Below are positions 17,084-24,423 of a stretch of 27,235 bases of DNA, piece after piece. Below the pieces are notes generated by a model, which did not search any database, had not been told where the DNA came from, and saw only the letters and a program-made list of their open reading frames with translations. The number at the start of each line of letters is the position of its first letter. The first letter of the stretch is position 1. The position numbers were made by a program, and so were the translations under genes. This DNA is from Verrucomicrobiales bacterium (GTDB taxonomy: Bacteria > Verrucomicrobiota > Verrucomicrobiia > Limisphaerales > UBA11320): assembly GCA_043745255.1 (NCBI GenBank), contig JAYTTC010000250.1, positions 1 through 27,235 of the forward strand, written 5' to 3'.

Positions 17084-18235
17084 GTGCGCACTATTTACTT
17101 CGATTACAACGCAACGACTCCCCTCGATCCCAGAGCGAGGGAGGCGATGCTTCCTTTTCTAGGGGAGATCTTCGGGAACCCCTCGAGCGTTCATCATGTG
17201 GGTAGACAAGCGCGCGCCTTGTTGGACGAGCTTAGGGATCGCACTGCCCACGCCTTCCGTTGCAAGCCGAGCGAGGCGGTTTTTACCAGCGGTGGAACCG
17301 AAAGTAATAACATGGCAATCTTCGGGACCGCTCGGCTTCTGAGGGACAAGGGACGCCATCTGATCACTTCAACTATCGAGCATGACGCTGCACTCCATGC
17401 TTTTGATTACCTCGAGAAAAAGGAGGGCTTTGAAGTCACTCGTCTCCGAGTTGATTCTTTGGGTCGCATCGACCCCGATGATCTCATCGCTTCGATTCGA
17501 GACGATACGGTCCTGGTCTCGGTCCAGGCAGTAAACAACGAGATTGGGACAATTCAGCCGATTGCGGAACTTGGAGGCCTCTGCCGAGAGCGTGGCGTGA
17601 TCTTCCACACCGACGCGGTCCAGTGGTTTGGAAAACTCCCTTTCACCGACATTCACCAATTTCAGGCGGATCTAGTCTCGGTGTGTGCTCATAAGTTCCA
17701 TGGACCGAAGGGGGCCGGGACCCTTTTCATCCGATCGCCGCTTCAACCGGATCCCATTCTGTTCGGAGGAGGTCACGAAAATGAGCGCAGAGCCGGAACA
17801 GAAAATGTGGCGGCCATCGCGGGCATGGTTGAATCATTCCAGAAGTGCGTTCTGACCCCTTGTTTTGATTCCGCGCATTTGCGCCCACTCTCAGAGCGAC
17901 TTGTACGAGCGGTGGAGGAACTAGCACCGAGCGGGGTGGTGTTGCGCAGCCCCCAAGAAGGAGTTTTGTCGAACACGGTGTCGTTCACCGTAGACGGAAC
18001 AGACAGCATGAACTTGCTCGCTGCGCTCGATCTGGAGGGTATTTGCGCCTCCAGTGGTTCCGCATGCTCTGCCGGGTCGATTGAGCCGTCTCATGTCATC
18101 CTAGCGCTGGGGGCGGGTGCCGCCGCAGCCAGCGCGCTGGTTCGCTTCTCCCTGGGACGCGAAAACACCCTGGCCGAGGTCGAGGAGGTTTGCCGACTCC
18201 TTCCCCAGCTTCTACATCGTGCACAAACCGCTTAG
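17084..18235 (+). CDS. iscS: Cysteine desulfurase (IscS/NifS family)
   Basis: YFDYNATTP, GNPSS.H, FTSGGTESNN, FHTDAVQ, AHKFHGPKG (PLP Lys), RAGTEN, SSGSACS (catalytic Cys). GTG start. Confidence 0.93.
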   Translation: MRTIYFDYNATTPLDPRAREAMLPFLGEIFGNPSSVHHVGRQARALLDELRDRTAHAFRCKPSEAVFTSGGTESNNMAIFGTARLLRDKGRHLITSTIEHDAALHAFDYLEKKEGFEVTRLRVDSLGRIDPDDLIASIRDDTVLVSVQAVNNEIGTIQPIAELGGLCRERGVIFHTDAVQWFGKLPFTDIHQFQADLVSVCAHKFHGPKGAGTLFIRSPLQPDPILFGGGHENERRAGTENVAAIAGMVESFQKCVLTPCFDSAHLRPLSERLVRAVEELAPSGVVLRSPQEGVLSNTVSFTVDGTDSMNLLAALDLEGICASSGSACSAGSIEPSHVILALGAGAAAASALVRFSLGRENTLAEVEEVCRLLPQLLHRAQTA

Positions 18236-18319
18236 CAACCTCCGGGCACCCTGCGAATAACATGCGCAAAACTCACGGAACTATGGGTTCGGTCGCCTTG
18301 TTCTGCCCTCGAACCGTAG

Positions 18320-18446
18320 TTGTCCACCGGAATACTTTTTACCTAAGTCCCTGTGGGAACCTTGACACGGTTCCTGTTAATCCCTTATTCACACCCCTTA
18401 ATACGGATATACCTTTTCATTTAAAGGTTCTATTCAATATACATCA
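18320..18446. promoter_or_regulatory. AT-rich region with DnaA-box-like sites upstream of dnaN (promoter and/or origin candidate)
   Basis: TTATTCACA at 18385-18393 fits TTWTNCACA perfectly; TTGTCCACC (18320-18328) and reverse TGTGGGAAC (18352-18360) each have two mismatches. TTGACA at 18362-18367. Hand count: 42 G+C in the 116 bp 18331-18446 (36%). Confidence 0.55.
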
Positions 18447-19556
18447 ATGAACCTGACCATCGCGAAGGAGCAGTTGCTCGCAGGGTTGCAGTCGGTGCAG
18501 AATGTCGTCAGCACGCGCACGACTCTGCCCGTGCTCTCGAATGTCCTACTGCGCGCCGAGCAGGATCGCCTGGTGCTCACTGCGACCGACCTCGACGTTA
18601 CCATCTCGTGCGCCGTCACCGCGACCATCAAGCGCCCGGGATCCACCACCATTCCGGTAAAGAAGATCTTCAGCATCGTCCGTGAGCTGAGCGTTGCTGA
18701 GATCGAACTGGAGACCGACGACAAGAATGTAACCAGCGTTCGAGCGGGGGCTTCCTTCTTCAAGATCCGCGGTCTGGGGCCGGAAGAGTTTCCGGCGATG
18801 CCCAAGTTCGCGGAGGATCGCAAGGTGGAGCTTCCACAGGAGAAGATGAGGACGATGCTCAAGCGAACCGCGTTCGCCACCTCCTCCGACGAGAGCCGCT
18901 ACGTGCTCAACGGAATCTTTTTCAGCCTCAAGGAACAGAAGCTCACACTGGTGGCCACCGATGGACGCCGACTCGCCATGGCCGAGGAAGAGGCCGATGT
19001 CTCCGAGAAAAGCCAGGGCGATTTCATCGTTCCAAGCAAGACGGTGACCGAGCTAGGTCGACTGCTTTCTGACAAAGGGCAGGTCCAGTTGCTCGTGGGT
19101 GAGAACCAAGCGTGTTTCAATCTAAGCGACGAGAAGGGCACCGGTGTCACCATCATCACCAAGCTGATCGAGGGCAACTATCCCAACTATCGACAAGTGA
19201 TTCCGGGCGAGGCGAAGGAACGGATCGCCATCGGACGCGAGGAGCTGCTGCACGCACTCCGGCGTGCCGAGATCATGACCAGCGAGAAGCAGAACTCGGT
19301 GAAACTCGCGTTCACGAAAAACAATCTGGCCATCACCGCCAACTCGCCCGATATCGGTGAGGCGCAGGAATCCCTGGCGATTAACTACAAGGGTCGCGAT
19401 GTCAGCATCGCCTTCAACCCGGGATATCTTCTGGATCCCTTGACCGCCCTGGCGAACGATGAGGTGTTCCTTGAGCTGATCGATGAGCTCAGTCCCGGGG
19501 TTCTCAAGATCAATGGACCGTTCCTTTACGTTGTCATGCCCATGCGGCTGAGCTAA
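18447..19556 (+). CDS. dnaN: DNA polymerase III beta sliding clamp
   Basis: TLPVLSNVLL, ATDLD, R.VLNG, VATDGRRLA, LIEG.YPNY..VIP, IAFNP.YL.D.L, YV.MPMRL. Confidence 0.97.
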   Translation: MNLTIAKEQLLAGLQSVQNVVSTRTTLPVLSNVLLRAEQDRLVLTATDLDVTISCAVTATIKRPGSTTIPVKKIFSIVRELSVAEIELETDDKNVTSVRAGASFFKIRGLGPEEFPAMPKFAEDRKVELPQEKMRTMLKRTAFATSSDESRYVLNGIFFSLKEQKLTLVATDGRRLAMAEEEADVSEKSQGDFIVPSKTVTELGRLLSDKGQVQLLVGENQACFNLSDEKGTGVTIITKLIEGNYPNYRQVIPGEAKERIAIGREELLHALRRAEIMTSEKQNSVKLAFTKNNLAITANSPDIGEAQESLAINYKGRDVSIAFNPGYLLDPLTALANDEVFLELIDELSPGVLKINGPFLYVVMPMRLS

Positions 19557-19567
19557 CGAATGGGCGA

Positions 19568-19591
19568 GTGGCGGCGTTAAGGCGCCGCCAC
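19568..19591 (+). terminator. GC-rich hairpin after dnaN
   Basis: GTGGCGGCG-TTAAGG-CGCCGCCAC, a perfect 9 bp stem 12 bp after the stop. No U-tract follows. Confidence 0.4.
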
Positions 19592-19748
19592 CGGACCCGG
19601 CGCAATCGCTGACCGGACCACGGAGGGGGGTCGTCAGTTGGGTTTCGAATTGACTCGGTGCCGCTTGGTGCCGTTTCCCTGACTCCCCTCGGTTTCTTTC
19701 ACAGGCTTCTTAGGTTGAATAACGCCCCGAGATTCCTTCACGGCTCGT

Positions 19749-19774
19749 GCATCCGTTTTGAGGCCGCATCCGTA
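19749..19774 (+). promoter_or_regulatory. Candidate ECF (SigK/RskA-type) promoter for the DUF4331 operon
   Basis: GCATCC-N15-CCGTA, 75 bp upstream of ATG 19850. Resembles my recollection of the mycobacterial SigK motif CCATCC-N15-CCGAA. Confidence 0.45.
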
Positions 19775-19849
19775 TTGCCTGTGTTCATGCGCACCTGGCT
19801 TGGTTTCCGGGTGGGGCATGGACCGAGAAAATAAACTGCCCAACCCATC

Positions 19850-21457
19850 ATGAAACAACGAACCTTTCGCCTCCTTGCGACCACTGCCTTCGCGGGCTTG
19901 GCTGCGCTCACACTCAGGGCTTCCAGTCACCGAGAAGCTCCCATGATCACCAGCATGCCCAAGCTGGACTGCTCGGACTTTTACGCTTTCAACAGCTACG
20001 AGCCGGGCCGTTCCAACTACGTGACCCTCATCGCAAATTACATCCCGTTGCAGGATGCCTATGGCGGTCCAAACTATTTCACCATGGCCACCAATGCGGT
20101 GTACGAGATTCACATCGACACCGATGGTGACGCGGTGGAAGACCTCACCTTCCAGTTTCATTTCCATCAGGAGTATCGCGGGATCACGCTGGGCATCGGG
20201 CCGGAGGGGAATCGACGTACCAATGCTATTCCCCTAGTCGTTGCAGGCCAGGTCACCAAGGACAGTTCTGCAGCGCTCAACTTGCAGGAGCAGTACACCC
20301 TCGTGGTGTTGGAGGGGCCTCGTCGCAACGCGACTTCGAAGATGCCTGTCTTCAATCTGCAAACGGGTGGGATCGATTTCATCAAGCCGGTTGACAATAT
20401 CGGAAACAAGACGCTTCCAGATTACACGGCCTACGCAGACCAGTACGTGTATGAGGTCCTCATTCCCGGTTGCCCGGACAAGGCGAGGATGTTCATCGGT
20501 CAGCGCAAGGATCCATTCGTGGTCAACCTGGGGGAAACTTTTGACCTCCTCAACATCAGCACCAGCCCGCTTGGGCCGGTCGATGCGAACAAGGACAGTC
20601 TAGCTGATAAGAATGTGACCTCTATCTGCCTGGAGCTTCCCAAGAGCTGCTTGCGCAAGGGAGCTCACAACGTTATCGGAGCCTGGAGCACCGCCAGCCT
20701 GATCCAAGGGCATGACTTTGTTCAGGTCTCCAGACTCGGAATGCCTTTGGTTAATGAGGTGGTGATTGGTCTTCCGGATAAGGACAAGTTCAACGCGAGC
20801 GAACCGAAGGATGATCCGCAATTCATTGATTACATCACTCACCCTACCTTTCCAGCGTTGGTCGAATTGCTCTATGGAGCTGCGGGAGCCAAGGCTCCCG
20901 CAATCCCGCGCAATGATCTGGTAGCGGTCTTTGCCACCGGCCTTGCCGGGCTCAACGCAAACGGCAGCGTAGGCGAGATGTGCCGTCTCAACCTGGACAT
21001 TCCTGCCCGCGCCGCTGCCGAGCAAAAAAATCTAGGAGCTCTCGCGGGGGATACGTCGGGCTTCCCCAACGGACGGCGTCCCGGAGATGATATCGTCGAC
21101 ATCGTACTTCGCGTTGCGATGGGTGCACTCGTGCCCGATGCCCCAAACAAGGACCTGCCCTTCACGGATGGTGCTTATGTGGATGCCAGTTTCTTTGGCG
21201 AGAAGTTCCCGTATCTGCGGCCGCCGCTGAAGGGTTCTCCCAATGATCCGACCATTGAAATCCTGCTCAAGACTGCCGCCACTGCGGCCGGGCCCTACCA
21301 GAACGCCACCGGTGTGAAGTGGAACGGGGATCAGCAAACGCTCACCGCCGACAAGACTTCCTCTCCAAACGGATTCTACAAACTGGAGGCGAATGGGAAG
21401 GTGGGTTTCAACGGGATCCGCCTCGACGGGGATAAGGTGAAGCTGGGACTGAAGTGA
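19850..21457 (+). CDS. Secreted DUF4331 domain protein with an extra C-terminal tail
   Basis: Signal peptide then SSHREAP, D.SDFYAF.SYE, LIANYIP.Q...GGPNYF, F.GQRKDPF, QVSRLG.PLVNE, GFPNGRRPGDD, FPYL..P: all DUF4331 hallmarks. Confidence 0.92.
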   Translation: MKQRTFRLLATTAFAGLAALTLRASSHREAPMITSMPKLDCSDFYAFNSYEPGRSNYVTLIANYIPLQDAYGGPNYFTMATNAVYEIHIDTDGDAVEDLTFQFHFHQEYRGITLGIGPEGNRRTNAIPLVVAGQVTKDSSAALNLQEQYTLVVLEGPRRNATSKMPVFNLQTGGIDFIKPVDNIGNKTLPDYTAYADQYVYEVLIPGCPDKARMFIGQRKDPFVVNLGETFDLLNISTSPLGPVDANKDSLADKNVTSICLELPKSCLRKGAHNVIGAWSTASLIQGHDFVQVSRLGMPLVNEVVIGLPDKDKFNASEPKDDPQFIDYITHPTFPALVELLYGAAGAKAPAIPRNDLVAVFATGLAGLNANGSVGEMCRLNLDIPARAAAEQKNLGALAGDTSGFPNGRRPGDDIVDIVLRVAMGALVPDAPNKDLPFTDGAYVDASFFGEKFPYLRPPLKGSPNDPTIEILLKTAATAAGPYQNATGVKWNGDQQTLTADKTSSPNGFYKLEANGKVGFNGIRLDGDKVKLGLK

Positions 21458-21465
21458 ATTAGCGG

Positions 21466-21496
21466 GCCGCGCGGTCGGGTGTTCCTGCCGCGCGGC
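21466..21496 (+). other. Intergenic GC-rich hairpin between the DUF4331 and TPR genes
   Basis: GCCGCGCGG...CCGCGCGGC 9 bp stem with further inner pairing; no U-tract. Confidence 0.45.
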
Positions 21497-21513
21497 ATCG
21501 ATGGAATCAGCGC

Positions 21514-22701
21514 GTGAACCGATTAAGAAATAGGGTTGGGGGATGGATGCTCGGGATTCTGTTGGGATTCGCGACCCAACAGAGCCTGGCATCTCCCCGG
21601 GTGCCCACGGACGATTCCGAGGTGCTCGAACGTCTGCCCCAAGTCCCGACGCTTTTCGCCGGTCGAGGCAAGGCTGCGGTCGCGCGGTCGCCGGATCCAA
21701 TAAGCGCCGCGATCGAAGCCCGTCGCTGGTTAGAGCTCAACCGTGCTGAGTCGGATCCCCGGTATCTTGGCCGCGCGCAGGCGGTGCTCTCTCCCTGGTG
21801 GCATCAGACCGATCCACCCATTGAGATCCGATTGTTGCGCGCGACGGTGCGTCAGAGTCTTCATGATTTTCAAGGGGCGATCACCGACTTAAATGAAGTT
21901 CTTCGTGTCGATCCTTCCAATGCCCAGGCGTGGCTCACCAAGTCCTCGATCCACACGTTGCGTGGCGAGTGGGTGGAGGCTTGCGAGGCCGTGGTTCGGC
22001 TCACCCGGCTCACGAGTCGTCTTGTGAGTGCGACGGCGGCCGCTTCCGTGTTGAGCGTGCGCGGCCAGGAGACGGAGGCCTGTGGGCTGCTGCGCAATGC
22101 CCTTCGAGAAAATCCCACAGCACCCGGGTCGGTCCGCCTCTGGGCGCTCACCCTGTTGGGAGAAGTGGACACCTGGATGGACCGTGATACCGAGGCTGAG
22201 CTGCATTTCAAGCAGGCGATGGAGCTGGGCCTCCGGGATGGCTATCTGCTCGCGAGCTATTCTGACTTCCTACTGGGCCAGCGCCGGTTCGAGCAGGCCG
22301 CTAGGCTGGTCGAACCCGAGACCCGTTCCGACAATCTGTTGCTGCGGCTCGCCCTTGCGGAGTCGAACCTCAATCCATCGCCTCCCCTGTTTCAGGAACA
22401 TGTCAGAATCCTCGGAGAGCGGTTTGCCGCCGCCCGGGCTCGTGGAGAGGCGATCCACCAACGGGAAGAGGCTCGCTACCAGCTTGAACTCCTCCATAAG
22501 CCCGCACGCGCCTTGGAACTGGCCCGCGAGAATTGGGGGATTCAAAAGGAACCCGCCGACACGAAAATCCTACTCGAGTCCGCCCTGGCAGTGCAGGATG
22601 CCGCCACCGTTGAACAGGTTCGCGATTGGATGAAGACCAGTCGGTTCGAAGATCGACGGATCCTCCGGCTGCTGGAATCCCAGCAACCGGCTTCTCGATG
22701 A
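21514..22701 (+). CDS. Secreted tetratricopeptide repeat protein (DUF4331/HupE-associated type)
   Basis: Signal-like N-terminus; P..D.EVLERLP, SDPRYLGRAQA.L.PWW, A.V.QS.HDF, DP.NAQAWL, DNLLLRLA, H.REEARY, LA..NW..Q.EP.D. Start is GTG 21514 or ATG 21544. Confidence 0.82.
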   Translation: MNRLRNRVGGWMLGILLGFATQQSLASPRVPTDDSEVLERLPQVPTLFAGRGKAAVARSPDPISAAIEARRWLELNRAESDPRYLGRAQAVLSPWWHQTDPPIEIRLLRATVRQSLHDFQGAITDLNEVLRVDPSNAQAWLTKSSIHTLRGEWVEACEAVVRLTRLTSRLVSATAAASVLSVRGQETEACGLLRNALRENPTAPGSVRLWALTLLGEVDTWMDRDTEAELHFKQAMELGLRDGYLLASYSDFLLGQRRFEQAARLVEPETRSDNLLLRLALAESNLNPSPPLFQEHVRILGERFAAARARGEAIHQREEARYQLELLHKPARALELARENWGIQKEPADTKILLESALAVQDAATVEQVRDWMKTSRFEDRRILRLLESQQPASR

Positions 22702-23864
22702 GATTGGCGATTGAGATTTTGACTTCGCATCCACTGCGGCGGTGGGTGCGCGCTGCCTTTGTACTCGGAGTCATGCTTCAGTGTGCCGCACCTCGAGCCT
22801 TCGCTCATTCCTCGAGTGACGCGTACATCACGCTCACTTTCACCAATCAGTCCGTCCTGGGCCGTATTGACCTGGCACTGCGGGATGTTGATGCGTTGTT
22901 CGGGTTGGACGATGATGGCGATGCCCATGTCACCTGGGGAGAGCTCAAGAAACATCAGACGGAGCTCTTTCAATACCTCGGCACGAATCTCGTTTTTCGG
23001 GGGGAGGGTCGAGCTCTCTCGCTCGGTTCCCCGGAACTCTCGGTGGATGAGCATGCAGGTGCGATGTTCGCCGTGACTCGTTTCCTCCTTCCTTCCGCCG
23101 CGACAACTCGGGTGTTGGAAGTCGACTATCACTGCGTGTTTGAGGTGGATGGGTTGCATCGTGCGATCCTCAAGCTGGAGCGGGAGGGCAACGTGACGAC
23201 GGGCTTGTTCAGTCCCGAGCAAACGCATCTGCGTTTCGAGTTCAGCCTCCCAATCGGAGCCACCTCAGGACTGCAGAGTTTTATTCGAGATGGCGTGCGG
23301 CATATCTGGACCGGATACGATCACATCCTCTTCCTTCTCGCTCTCCTGTTGCCCGCAGTGGTCCGTCGTGAGCAGGGAACCTGGCAGGCTGTGACCGCCC
23401 TGCGTCCTGCGCTCTGGAGAGTGCTTCAGACTGTGACTGCCTTTACCGTGGCGCACTCCATCACTCTGAGCCTTGCAGCATTCAACCTGATCCACCTTTC
23501 CCCTCAGTTCGTGGAGCCGGTCATCGCGGCCAGCGTCGCGGTCGCCGCTGCCAATAACCTCCGTCCCTTCTTTCTCGAGCGCGGTTGGATGGTTGCCTTC
23601 GGGTTCGGGCTGATCCACGGATTCGGTTTTGCCAGCGTGCTCCAGGAACTTGATCTCGCAGGACAGTCGCTCCTCTGGCCCCTGCTCGGGTTCAATCTCG
23701 GTGTCGAGCTCGGCCAGGCCACTCTCGTGCTCCTCTTCGTTCCGCTGGCTTACGGACTTCGCCATACCCGCTTCTACAGTGTCGGTGCACTGCGATTTGG
23801 CTCGGTCGGAATCGTCCTCATCGCCACCGCTTGGTTCATCGAGCGCCTCATCACCGGGCACTGA
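22698..23864 (+). CDS. HupE/UreJ family membrane protein with an N-terminal extracytoplasmic domain
   Basis: ATGA overlap with the TPR stop. AFA|HSSSDAY; GVRHIWTGYDHILFL, FTVAHSITL, FGLIHGFGFA, FNLGVELGQ. Confidence 0.9.
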   Translation: MRLAIEILTSHPLRRWVRAAFVLGVMLQCAAPRAFAHSSSDAYITLTFTNQSVLGRIDLALRDVDALFGLDDDGDAHVTWGELKKHQTELFQYLGTNLVFRGEGRALSLGSPELSVDEHAGAMFAVTRFLLPSAATTRVLEVDYHCVFEVDGLHRAILKLEREGNVTTGLFSPEQTHLRFEFSLPIGATSGLQSFIRDGVRHIWTGYDHILFLLALLLPAVVRREQGTWQAVTALRPALWRVLQTVTAFTVAHSITLSLAAFNLIHLSPQFVEPVIAASVAVAAANNLRPFFLERGWMVAFGFGLIHGFGFASVLQELDLAGQSLLWPLLGFNLGVELGQATLVLLFVPLAYGLRHTRFYSVGALRFGSVGIVLIATAWFIERLITGH

Positions 23865-23866
23865 TC

Positions 23867-23896
23867 GGGGTCCGCAGGCTCCGTCGCGGACCTTCT
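23867..23896 (+). terminator. Possible terminator hairpin after the HupE/UreJ gene
   Basis: GGTCCGC (23869-23875) pairs with GCGGACC (23886-23892), followed only by TTCTC. Confidence 0.3.
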
Positions 23897-23912
23897 CACG
23901 CCTCATCACTGA

Positions 23913-24374
<462 letters not shown>

Positions 24375-24423
24375 ACCGTTTCGCCTCCAACCTCAATCCG
24401 CGCCCTCGCTAACCCCATCCCCC

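Noticed and set aside
18262-18450. 62-codon ORF overlapping the dnaN start by ATGA
   Set aside because: It runs through the AT-rich regulatory region, its composition is unlike the other genes, and it has no motif. Likely chance.
19625-19650. GGGGGG...GGTTTCGA resembling a tmRNA 5' end
   Set aside because: The match is loose, only about 220 bp are available before the next gene, and there is no T-arm/CCA 3' end.
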